DNA of 63,724 nucleotides, counting the filler, from Planctomycetota bacterium (GTDB lineage: Bacteria > Planctomycetota > Planctomycetia > JALXBF01), in NCBI GenBank assembly GCA_026991575.1. It is 10 parts of 10 records of this genome, joined end to end, with 100 filler letters (N's around TTAATTAATTAA, not from the genome) between each part and the next. Parts side by side here need not be neighbours in the genome. Positions count along the whole stretch, not along the records: positions 1 to 26,875 come from JALXBF010000020.1; 9 more parts are not named here. One strand, 5' to 3'. Positions within the stretch are counted from its first letter, which is position 1; each line of letters begins with the position of its first letter. This document shows positions 1 to 8,694 of this stretch, piece after piece. The notes below the pieces were generated by a model. It had not been told where the DNA came from, made no database searches, and saw only the letters and a list, made by a program, of their open reading frames with translations. A program made the position numbers and the translations under genes.

Positions 1-1014
1 GAAATCGGGGCTGCCGAAACGTTGCGCAAAGGGCACATCGTCCTGGCGTTGGCCAATCCGCTGGCTACAGCACGCGATGGCCGAGCGACCGCCTCGTGGG
101 GCATCATCGCCAACACGCAGCGCAGCTTGCCCCCCCCGACTGGCCCGATCCCGGAAGAGCAGACGCTGCACCACAACGGCACGCTCCTACAGACCGACTG
201 CCGTCTCGACATTGGATCCTCGGGAGGCGCCCTGATCGACATCCATGGCCGCCTCGTCGGCCTGATCACCGCGCTGCCGGCCCTGCATGGCTATGACCGT
301 CCGGCTGGCTTTGCCATCCCGATGGATCCGTTCATGCGTCGCATCGTGGCGCGGCTGAAGGAGGGCAGGGAGGTGGAGTACGGCTTTCTGGGAATCCAGC
401 TGGACGATGTGGCCTCCGCCCGCCGCCAGACGCTGCTGCGCGTTCCTTTACCGGCCGAGGTCCGCTACGGCGTGGTCGTGGTGCAGGTCTATGAGGGATG
501 CCCGGCGTATCTGGCCGGGATCCGGGAGGGAGACGTGATCCTGGCGATTGACGGCGAGCCGGTGCGCAATAGCGAACAGCTGATCGTACGCATCGGAACA
601 AAGTTTGCGGGCACCAGGGTACGACTGCGGATCTGGCGGAATGCCCGCGAGCTTGAGTTAACGGTAAAGCTGGGCAAGTATCCGGTGCAGGGACGTGTGA
701 TTGCGACTCGGCGGCCTGAGCCGTGGCGGGGACTGCGCGTTGACTGGGTGAGTTTGTTGATCACCGAGTTAGTGGCGCGGGAACGACTCCGCCGTGTGGC
801 CGACGGCGCCGTGCTTGTGACCGATGTGGTGCCCGACTCGCCCGCGGCCAAAGCGGGTTTGGAGCCAAAGATGTTGATCACCCACGTAAACAATCACCGG
901 GTGCGCGACCCGGACGAATTCGCTCGCGCGGTGCGGTCAGCTACCGGACCTGTGGAGCTGACCGTGGAAGGAGTCGGACGCGTGGTGGTGCCGCCGGCTG
1001 GCGGTGGCGGCTAA
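1..1014 (+). CDS. Trypsin-like serine protease with two PDZ domains (HtrA/DegP family), 5'-partial
   Basis: Frame open from base 1; LLQTD..DIGSSGGALID catalytic-Ser region, YGFLGI PDZ entry, two PDZ-like repeats. Confidence 0.85.
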   Translation, partial: EIGAAETLRKGHIVLALANPLATARDGRATASWGIIANTQRSLPPPTGPIPEEQTLHHNGTLLQTDCRLDIGSSGGALIDIHGRLVGLITALPALHGYDRPAGFAIPMDPFMRRIVARLKEGREVEYGFLGIQLDDVASARRQTLLRVPLPAEVRYGVVVVQVYEGCPAYLAGIREGDVILAIDGEPVRNSEQLIVRIGTKFAGTRVRLRIWRNARELELTVKLGKYPVQGRVIATRRPEPWRGLRVDWVSLLITELVARERLRRVADGAVLVTDVVPDSPAAKAGLEPKMLITHVNNHRVRDPDEFARAVRSATGPVELTVEGVGRVVVPPAGGGG

Positions 1015-1049
1015 GCACTCGACGGGTTGGTCGTGCAACGAGGTGGCCG

Positions 1050-3686
1050 ATGAAGACGGATGAACTCCGGGAGGCGTTTCTGAAGTTCTTCGAGAGCAAG
1101 GGCTGCGTCCGTTTGCCCAGCGACGCACTCGTGCCGCGCAACGACCCAACCGTACTCTTCACCCCAGCGGGCATGAACCAGTTCAAGAAGAACTTCATGG
1201 GGCTGGGCGACCCACAGCTGAAGCGGGCCACCACGTGCCAGAAATGCCTGCGCACCGCGGACATCGAGAACGTGGGCCGCACGCCGTATCACCACACGTT
1301 CTTCGAGATGCTCGGCAACTTCTCCTTCGGCGACTACTTCAAACGGGAAGCGATCCATTGGGCCTGGGAGTTCTGCACCGATAAGCGGTACCTGGCTCTG
1401 CCCCCGGAGCGGCTGAGCGTCAGCGTGTACAAGGATGACCGCGAAGCGTACGACATCTGGCATGAGGAGATCGGGATTGCTGCCGAGAAGATTGCGCTGG
1501 GGGATGAGGACGAGAACTTCTGGCCAGCTGGGGCACCCAGCTCCGGGCCGGACGGTATCTGCGGTCCGTGCTCGGAGATCTTCTACCACCCACCGGACGG
1601 CGGCAGCGAGATTGAGATCTGGAACCTGGTCTTCACCCAGTTCGAACGAAAAGGGCCACCCCCGAACAACCTCCACCCGCTGCCGCAAAAAAACATCGAC
1701 ACGGGCATGGGGCTAGAACGGACCGCGTCGGTGCTCCAGGGAGTTTTTGACAACTACAAGATCGATATCTTCCGGCCCCTGGTTGCAGCCATCTGCGACC
1801 TCGTTCACTACCGCTACCAGGACGGCACGGAGGAAGCGGTGCGGGTCAGACGGATCGCCGACCACGTGCGCGCCATCACGTTCTGCATCCACGAGAACGT
1901 ACTGCCATCGAACGAAAAACAGGGCTACGTTGTCCGCCGCTTGCTGCGCCGCTGTGTGCTGGACGGGCATCACTTCGGGCTGCGTGAGCCGTTCCTGTAC
2001 AAGCTGGTCCCGGTCGTGGTCAGCGTGATGCAAGTGGGCTATCCGGAGTTGAACGAGTCGGTTCAGCGCGTTGCGCACGTTGTCCGCGGCGAGGAGGAGA
2101 AGTTCCTGCGCACGCTGGAAACCGGTATGGCTTTCCTGGAAGAGGAGCTGAACCGGCTCGCGACCCAGGGCGTACGTCTCTTCCCCGGTCCGGCCGCATT
2201 CCAGCTCCACACCACCTATGGGTTCCCCGTCGAGCTGACCGAGGCACTCGTACGCGAACGCGGGCTGACGCTGGACTGGGAAGGCTATCGCCGCGAGTGG
2301 GCAAAGCACGTCGAACGCAGCGGCGCTGGCGCATTTGCCGGTGCCGTGTTCGCACGCGGCCCGCTGGATGATGTGCGCCGCGAACAGCCGCGGACGGAGT
2401 TTCTGGGCTATGAAACCACGGAAGCAGACGCTCGGGTCGTGGCCATCATAGCTGGGGACCACCGGGTCCGTGAACTTACGCCAGACCACCGTGACGCGGC
2501 TGTCGTCGTCCTGGACCGGTCACCGTTCTACGGCGAGGCGGGCGGCCAGGTGGGTGACACCGGGTGGCTGGTCAGCCCTGACGGCGCGACACGGTTCCGG
2601 GTCGAAGACACGCAACGCGACGAAGAACTGATCCTACACATCGGTCGGCTCGTGCAGGGCACGCTGCGCGAGGGCGACCCGGTGCGAGCGTGCGTCGACA
2701 CGGAACGCCGAGCCGGCATCCGACGGGCCCACTCCGCCACGCACATCCTGCACTGGGCACTGCGCACCGTGCTCGGCAGCCATGCCACACAGGCCGGTTC
2801 GAAGGTGGACGACGACTACCTGCGGTTTGATTTCACCCACCCGGTGGCGCTGACCGAGGAGGAGATCCGCCGTATTGAGGATCTGGTCAACGAGAGGATC
2901 ATGCAGGGGGCGCCGATCCGCTGGGAGTACATGCCGCTGGAGGAAGCACGACGACGCGGTGCGATCGCGCTGTTCGGCGAGAAGTACGGCGATGTCGTGC
3001 GCGTGGTCAGCATGGGGGACTTCAGCCGCGAGCTCTGCGGCGGCACTCACCTGGATAGCACCGGGCAGGTCGGGTTCTTCAAGATCATCGCCGAGGAGTC
3101 GGTAGGAGCTGGCACCCGCCGCATCGTAGCATTGACGGGCAAGAAGGCACTCGAGTACGTGCGCGACCGTGAACGCCAGCTGCTGGACGTTGCCCAGACG
3201 CTGAAGGCTCCTCCAGGTGAGCTGAACCGCCGCGTGCACGGATTGCTTGAGGAAGTCCGTGAACTGAAGAAACGACTGGCACGCCGGCAAACGGCCGGAG
3301 CCGCCCTCTCCATCGACGAAGCGCTCGCTCAAGCGGAGCGTGTCGGCGACATTCGCATCGTTGCGCGCGAAGTGCCGGATGCCACCCCTGAAGAGATGCG
3401 CCAGCAGATCGACCTGTTCCGCCGGAAGGGTAGTCCGATCGCTGTGCTCCTGGCGACGCGCTCAGACGGCAAAGTGACGATCGTTGCCGGTCTTAGCCGT
3501 GATCTGGTCGAGCGTGGCTTAAGTGCTTCAGAGTGGGTCAAAGCGGTTGCCAAGCTGGTGGGCGGCGGTGGCGGGGGCCGCCCGGACATGGCTCAGGCTG
3601 GGGGGAAGCAGCCCGAGCGGCTGCCCGAAGCGCTGAAGCAGGCGGTGGAGTTGGTCAAGCAACAGCTCCAGACCGCCAGGAAATAG
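1050..3686 (+). CDS. alaS: Alanine--tRNA ligase
   Basis: AGMNQFK, HHTFFEMLGNFSFGDYFK, DTGMGLER, HSATH, ELCGGTH, GGGGGRPDMAQAGG. Confidence 0.99.
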   Translation: MKTDELREAFLKFFESKGCVRLPSDALVPRNDPTVLFTPAGMNQFKKNFMGLGDPQLKRATTCQKCLRTADIENVGRTPYHHTFFEMLGNFSFGDYFKREAIHWAWEFCTDKRYLALPPERLSVSVYKDDREAYDIWHEEIGIAAEKIALGDEDENFWPAGAPSSGPDGICGPCSEIFYHPPDGGSEIEIWNLVFTQFERKGPPPNNLHPLPQKNIDTGMGLERTASVLQGVFDNYKIDIFRPLVAAICDLVHYRYQDGTEEAVRVRRIADHVRAITFCIHENVLPSNEKQGYVVRRLLRRCVLDGHHFGLREPFLYKLVPVVVSVMQVGYPELNESVQRVAHVVRGEEEKFLRTLETGMAFLEEELNRLATQGVRLFPGPAAFQLHTTYGFPVELTEALVRERGLTLDWEGYRREWAKHVERSGAGAFAGAVFARGPLDDVRREQPRTEFLGYETTEADARVVAIIAGDHRVRELTPDHRDAAVVVLDRSPFYGEAGGQVGDTGWLVSPDGATRFRVEDTQRDEELILHIGRLVQGTLREGDPVRACVDTERRAGIRRAHSATHILHWALRTVLGSHATQAGSKVDDDYLRFDFTHPVALTEEEIRRIEDLVNERIMQGAPIRWEYMPLEEARRRGAIALFGEKYGDVVRVVSMGDFSRELCGGTHLDSTGQVGFFKIIAEESVGAGTRRIVALTGKKALEYVRDRERQLLDVAQTLKAPPGELNRRVHGLLEEVRELKKRLARRQTAGAALSIDEALAQAERVGDIRIVAREVPDATPEEMRQQIDLFRRKGSPIAVLLATRSDGKVTIVAGLSRDLVERGLSASEWVKAVAKLVGGGGGGRPDMAQAGGKQPERLPEALKQAVELVKQQLQTARK

Positions 3687-3948
3687 CCGACGGGCACAGC
3701 CAATCACTGCGATGCCCCAAGACCACGGATCGCCGGGCCTCGCATCGGCCGATCGCGGAACCTGCATGCACAGCAGGTCAGTGCGCGAGACACTCGGGAT
3801 GATCGGTGGGCGCGGTGTTGGGATGCTTCCCATGCGGTCCGGCGGTGCTGAGTTCGACTGGCACCGTCGTCGCGTGCGAATGCCGTTCGGGCTGGTGCGG
3901 ATGAGCGCCGGATGCAAGCGCCCCACTCGGCCGGTGCGCCGTTGGTTA

Positions 3949-3978
3949 TTGACACAACCATCGGCTACAGCATAGCAT
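3949..3978 (+). promoter_or_regulatory. Putative sigma70 promoter for rpmF-plsX-fabD
   Basis: TTGACA (3949-3954), 18-nt spacer, TAGCAT (3973-3978), about 90 nt upstream of rpmF. Confidence 0.45.
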
Positions 3979-4070
3979 CAAGACGCTACGCGTATCGTGG
4001 CATCCCCCGGTTTTCCGCGGCGCCGTTCATTGCCGCCGCTCCCGTCAGACGACTAGCACGAGGTGTGACG

Positions 4071-4259
4071 ATGGCCGTACCGAAACGGCGAACGAGTCGG
4101 TCCAGACAGGGAAAGCGTCGGAGTCATTTGCGGTTGACTCCGCCGAACGTCACCTACTGCAAGAGGTGTGGGCGGGCCAAGTTGCCCCACCGAGCGTGTC
4201 CAAAGTGCGGCTACTATCGAGAAGGTGTGTCGGTAGCCACGGCAGAGGCTGAGGAGTAA
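4071..4259 (+). CDS. rpmF: 50S ribosomal protein L32 (Zn-ribbon type)
   Basis: MAVPKRRTSRSR...CKRCG..KLPHRACPKCGYY; canonical position before plsX. Confidence 0.97.
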   Translation: MAVPKRRTSRSRQGKRRSHLRLTPPNVTYCKRCGRAKLPHRACPKCGYYREGVSVATAEAEE

Positions 4260-4265
4260 CGGCGC

Positions 4266-5261
4266 ATGCGCATCGCGTTGGACGCAATGGGCGGCGACTA
4301 CGCCCCTCGGCCGATCGTGCAGGGTGCCGTGGAGGCCGTAAGCACGCTTGACGGCCTGGAGGTTACCCTGGTGGGCGATCGTTCCGCGGTTGAGCCCCTG
4401 GTGTGCGAGTTCGGCGGGGATGGGCTTCCCCTGCGTGTGGTGCATGCCTCCCAGGTGGTCGGCATGGACGAGTCGCCTGCTGAGGCGTTGCGCCGCAAAC
4501 CCGACAATTCAATCCTGCGCTGCTGGCAGCTGCTGGCTGAGGGTCAGGTCGATGCGCTGGTCAGCGCAGGCAACACCGGGGCGGTCGTCGGTGCCGGGCT
4601 GTTCATGCGGCGGTTCATTCCTGGTATCAAGCGGCCGGGCATTGCCGTCACGATCCCGTCGCCCACCGGTCCGTGTGTGCTGATCGATGTCGGTGCCAAC
4701 ACCCATCCGAAGCCCGAGCACCTCTTCCAGTACGGCCTGATGGGAATGGTGTACGCGAAGGAAATCCTCCATGTCCATGAGCCGCGGATTGGGCTGCTGA
4801 ATGTGGGTACGGAAGGTGTCAAGGGCAACGAGTTGACCCGTGAGACGCACCGCAAGTTTGCTGATAGCCATCTTGCGACGCAGTTCGTCGGCAACATTGA
4901 AGGTCGGGACGTGTTCGCGGGCCGAGCGGACGTCATTGTTTGCGATGGATTCGTCGGAAACGTGGTGCTGAAGGTGTGTGAGGGGCTGGTGGAGATGATG
5001 TTGCGCACGACGGCCGAGGAGGTGATCCGGCGGCAGGATGGCCAGGGGCGCGCAGCGACGCTGGAAGCGTTCGAAACGTTGAAACGCCGCTACCACTACT
5101 CCACGTACGGGGGCGCGCCGCTGCTGGGCATCGACGGCATCTGCATCATCTGTCATGGCAGCTCAGACGCTGCGGCCATCCGCAACGCGTTGCGCACGGC
5201 TGCCGAATTTGCCCGGCTCCGCGTGAACGACAAGATCAAGTCGGAGCTTGCACTCGACTGA
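4266..5261 (+). CDS. plsX: Phosphate acyltransferase PlsX
   Basis: IALDAMGGD, SAGNTGA, DVGAN, CDGFVGNVVLK, YGGAPLLG, HGSS. Confidence 0.98.
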   Translation: MRIALDAMGGDYAPRPIVQGAVEAVSTLDGLEVTLVGDRSAVEPLVCEFGGDGLPLRVVHASQVVGMDESPAEALRRKPDNSILRCWQLLAEGQVDALVSAGNTGAVVGAGLFMRRFIPGIKRPGIAVTIPSPTGPCVLIDVGANTHPKPEHLFQYGLMGMVYAKEILHVHEPRIGLLNVGTEGVKGNELTRETHRKFADSHLATQFVGNIEGRDVFAGRADVIVCDGFVGNVVLKVCEGLVEMMLRTTAEEVIRRQDGQGRAATLEAFETLKRRYHYSTYGGAPLLGIDGICIICHGSSDAAAIRNALRTAAEFARLRVNDKIKSELALD

Positions 5262-5348
5262 CGCGGCCGGTCCGTTGCACCGGCGGCCGTTCAGACGCCG
5301 AGGCGGCGCGGCCGCTTGGTTCCCTGGTCCCTTGGAGGGCGTCACCCC

Positions 5349-6260
5349 ATGCCGCAACGCGCCGTGCTATTTGCCGGTCAAGGAGCCCAGTATGTGGGCA
5401 TGGCCCGCCAGCTGGTCGAACAGTACCCGCCTGCCCGCCAGTTCTTCGACCAGGCGTCCGAGTTGCTTGGTGTCGACCTGCTGTCGCTATGCGTCGAAGG
5501 GCCGGCCGAGCGGCTTGACGCGACGGACATCAGCCAGCCGGCCATCTTCGTCGCCTCCTACGCGGCGCTGTGCCGGTTACGCGATCAGGAGCCGCAGCGA
5601 CTGGAGGGGGTGGTGGCTACGGCCGGACTGAGTCTGGGCGAGTACACCGCTCTGGTCTTCGCCGGTGCGCTGCCGTTTGCCGAAGGGCTCAAGCTGGTCA
5701 TCGAGCGCGGTCGTGCGATGCAGGAGGCGGCCGAGCAGGTACCCTCCGGCATGGCCAGCCTTCTGGGGGCGGACCGCCAGCAGGCCGAGGCGCTGATCGA
5801 ACGCGTGCGAGCCAATGGCCGCCTGTGGCTGGCGAATTTCCTCTGCCCGGGCAATGTGGTCGTTTCCGGTGAGCTGGCAGCACTGGATGCGTTGGAGGGG
5901 CTGATCGAACGGGAGGTCGACGGGGTGCGGTTCGTGCGGCTGGCGGTCGCCGGAGCGTTCCACACCGAGCTGATGGAGCCGGCCCGGGAGCGGCTGGGAC
6001 GCGCGATCGAGGCAGTGGACTTTCAGGATGCGTCGGTTCCGGTATACTCAAACGTGGACGCGGCACCGCACAGGAACCGCAATGAGTTTCCAGAGTTGCT
6101 GTTGCGGCAGCTGACCAGCCCGGTGCTCTGGGAGGACGCGATCCGCCGCATGGTGGCCGACGGGGTGAGCGAGTTTGTGGAGATCGGGCCGAAGCGCGTC
6201 CTGCGCGGGTTGCTGCGACGCATCGACCGCAAATTGCGGTGTGAAAACGTAGAGGTTTGA
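5349..6260 (+). CDS. fabD: Malonyl-CoA:ACP transacylase
   Basis: FAGQGAQ, QPAIF, GLSLGEY, VAGAFHT, EIGP; ATG at 5349 preferred. Confidence 0.96.
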   Translation: MPQRAVLFAGQGAQYVGMARQLVEQYPPARQFFDQASELLGVDLLSLCVEGPAERLDATDISQPAIFVASYAALCRLRDQEPQRLEGVVATAGLSLGEYTALVFAGALPFAEGLKLVIERGRAMQEAAEQVPSGMASLLGADRQQAEALIERVRANGRLWLANFLCPGNVVVSGELAALDALEGLIEREVDGVRFVRLAVAGAFHTELMEPARERLGRAIEAVDFQDASVPVYSNVDAAPHRNRNEFPELLLRQLTSPVLWEDAIRRMVADGVSEFVEIGPKRVLRGLLRRIDRKLRCENVEV

Positions 6261-6297
6261 CCGAGTGGGCAGCTTGAGCGGTTGCGGCAAATCGCAA

Positions 6298-6326
6298 TAG
6301 ACAAATGCGGCGGTGCCCGCTATAGA
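6298..6326 (+). promoter_or_regulatory. Putative sigma70 promoter for acpP
   Basis: TAGACA-N17-TATAGA in the fabD-acpP intergenic region. Confidence 0.5.
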
Positions 6327-6462
6327 TTTCGGTAAAGGCGCGGCTCATCGGAGGATGCTGTCCGTTGGCGGTGAGCGTGTGCCTGTCCGGTTTGGCGGCA
6401 GCAGCGGGCTGGCCGCCGGAAGTCGGTAGTTTCAGGGTGTGTCCAGTACGGAGGGCTGTGCA

Positions 6463-6741
6463 GTGGCGGAAAACTACACCGAACAAGAAATCGAACAGAA
6501 GGTAAAAGAAGTCGTCGCGCAACTGTTCAACGTCGATCCCGAACAGATCACGCGCGACACCTCCTTCACCAACGACCTCGGCGCCGATAGCCTAGACCAG
6601 GTCGAGTTCCTCATGGGCCTGGAAGAAACGTTCGACACGCAGATCCCGCCCGAAGAAGCCGAGAAAGTCGAGACGGTCGGCCAGGCCATCGAGTACCTCA
6701 AGCGCCACCTGGAACAGACCCAGGCGCAGGGGCAGAGCTAA
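6463..6741 (+). CDS. acpP: Acyl carrier protein (canonical)
   Basis: DLGADSLDQVE with the phosphopantetheine Ser; acidic; GTG start. Confidence 0.96.
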   Translation: MAENYTEQEIEQKVKEVVAQLFNVDPEQITRDTSFTNDLGADSLDQVEFLMGLEETFDTQIPPEEAEKVETVGQAIEYLKRHLEQTQAQGQS

Positions 6742-6776
6742 CCGGTAACCGCACAACCTAGAACGGCTTCACAGCA

Positions 6777-6810
6777 AACCGCCCTCCACCGACCCAGGTG
6801 GAGGGCGGTT
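6777..6810 (+). terminator. 14-bp perfect hairpin after acpP (attenuator or mRNA stabiliser; weak U-tract)
   Basis: AACCGCCCTCCACC-GACCCA-GGTGGAGGGCGGTT. Confidence 0.6.
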
Positions 6811-6852
6811 GACTAGGCGGTGGGCTGGTCTGAGACAGCGGGGGACGGCGCG

Positions 6853-7122
6853 GTGAAAGAGTTGGGCGAACCGATCAGCGTCGAACAGCGCGTGATCCAG
6901 ACCGTGGCCGAAATCCTCAACTTGCCGACCAGCAAGATCGAACCCAACGTGCCACTGTCCGAGCTGGGAGCCGACGAATACGATTTGCTCGAAATCCAGC
7001 TCGAGTTGGAAGAAGAATACGACATCCGCATCGACAAACGGGCCCTGCGCCGCGTGAAGACCGTCGCGGAACTGGTCCGATACATCCAACAGACCGTCAA
7101 CCCAAACCGGGGCAAGGACTGA
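6853..7122 (+). CDS. ACP-like protein lacking the phosphopantetheine serine
   Basis: ACP sequence pattern (ELGADEYDLLEIQLELEEEYDIRI..VKTVAELVRYI) with DEY in place of DSL; stop 1 nt before fabF ATG. Confidence 0.85.
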   Translation: MKELGEPISVEQRVIQTVAEILNLPTSKIEPNVPLSELGADEYDLLEIQLELEEEYDIRIDKRALRRVKTVAELVRYIQQTVNPNRGKD

Positions 7123-7123
7123 C

Positions 7124-8368
7124 ATGACGCGCCGGGTAGTGATCACCGGACTCGGAACCGTCAATAGCCTCAGCTCGGACCTCGAGCAGTTCTGGAACCA
7201 GCTCTGTGAAGGCCGAAGCGGCATCAGCTACATCGAGCGGTTCGACACAACCGAGTACCCGGTCAAATTCGCGGGCGAAATCAAACGCTTCGACCCGTCA
7301 CCGTGGGTGGATGCCCGCGAGGCGAAGCGACTGGACCCATTCTCGCTTTATGCCATCGCCGCCGCCCAGATGGCAGTCGACGACGCGGGCCTATCCTTCG
7401 ACAAGGAAGATCCGTTCGCTTGCGGGGTACTTATCGGCAGCGGTATCGGCGGCCTGAAGGAGATCGAGGAGCAGCACACCAGACTGCTGGAAAAAGGGCC
7501 AAATCGGATCAGCCCGTTCATGATCCCCAAGCTGATGGTCAATGCTGCCGCCGGCCAGGTATCGATCCGCTTCGGTCTGCGCGGCCCGTGCTCCGCTGTG
7601 GCCACCGCCTGTGCGTCGGCGTCCAACGCCCTGGGTGATGCCTTCAAGATCATCCAGCGCGGCGATGCGGACGTCATGCTCGCCGGGGGCAGCGAAGCGG
7701 CCGTGCTGCCGATGGGACTCAGCGGCTTCATCGCACTCCGCGCCCTGTCGCGCCGCAACGATAACCCGGCTGCCGCCAGCCGGCCATTCGATAAGGATCG
7801 CGACGGGTTCGTGCTCAGCGAAGGGGCGGCCGTGCTGGTGCTCGAAGAGCTCGAGCACGCTCGCCGCCGCGGGGCGCGAATCTACGCGGAGTTCCTCGGC
7901 TACGGCCTCTCCTCCGACGGCTGCCACATCACAGCCCCAGACCCGTGCGGCAAGGGCGCGGCAAAGGCGATGGCTGCCGCGCTGCGCGACGCCCGACTCG
8001 ATCCAAGTGACATCGACTACGTCAACGCACATGGCACATCCACCCCTCTTGGCGACGCCGCTGAGACCCGCGCCATCAAGGAAGTCTTCGGCGAACATGC
8101 CAAGAAATTAGCCGTCTCCAGCACCAAAAGCCAGCTCGGCCACCTCCTCGGCGCTAGCGGTGCCATCGAACTGCTGGTCTGCTGCCTGGCCATCAGAGAT
8201 AACCTCATCCCGCCCACCATCAACTACGAGACACCTGATCCCGAATGCGACCTGGACTACGTCCCCAACGTCGCCCGCCACGCCCAGCTCGACTACGTGA
8301 TGTCAAACTCCTTCGGCTTCGGCGGCCATAACACCTGCCTGGTCATCGGCCGCTACAACGGCCGCTAG
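7124..8368 (+). CDS. fabF: Beta-ketoacyl-ACP synthase II
   Basis: RRVVITGLG, TACAS, NAHGTST, GHLLGASG, SNSFGFGGHN. Confidence 0.98.
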   Translation: MTRRVVITGLGTVNSLSSDLEQFWNQLCEGRSGISYIERFDTTEYPVKFAGEIKRFDPSPWVDAREAKRLDPFSLYAIAAAQMAVDDAGLSFDKEDPFACGVLIGSGIGGLKEIEEQHTRLLEKGPNRISPFMIPKLMVNAAAGQVSIRFGLRGPCSAVATACASASNALGDAFKIIQRGDADVMLAGGSEAAVLPMGLSGFIALRALSRRNDNPAAASRPFDKDRDGFVLSEGAAVLVLEELEHARRRGARIYAEFLGYGLSSDGCHITAPDPCGKGAAKAMAAALRDARLDPSDIDYVNAHGTSTPLGDAAETRAIKEVFGEHAKKLAVSSTKSQLGHLLGASGAIELLVCCLAIRDNLIPPTINYETPDPECDLDYVPNVARHAQLDYVMSNSFGFGGHNTCLVIGRYNGR

Positions 8369-8694
8369 CCTGGCAGCGGACCCTGCCGGCAACCAACCGC
8401 AGCGATCCCGCTACGGGGCTCTGCTGTGACGCCGCCTGCGGTCTTGGTGCGCCGCAGCAGAACGCACATCGAAACCGCTGTCGGCCGTGTCCGCCGTTCC
8501 CCTTGCCCCGGTCCGCTCCGCCAGTGGCTGCTCTGAACTGCCCGACTGGCTCGGGGACGCGGCCGGGACGTCCTCAGACCACCTGCTCGCCCACCGGTTT
8601 GTCCGTCCCCGGTCGCGGACCGGCTGCCGTGTCGGGCGGTAAGGATACAATTACAAGTTCAATGGTTTCTTAAGAGGGAGGAGTAACGCGGGAC

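Noticed and set aside
8640..8690. AT-rich patch at an apparent C-rich to G-rich switch as oriC or dif
   Set aside because: No DnaA boxes or XerC/D arms; better explained as the sulP promoter/RBS (TACAAT, GAGGAG)
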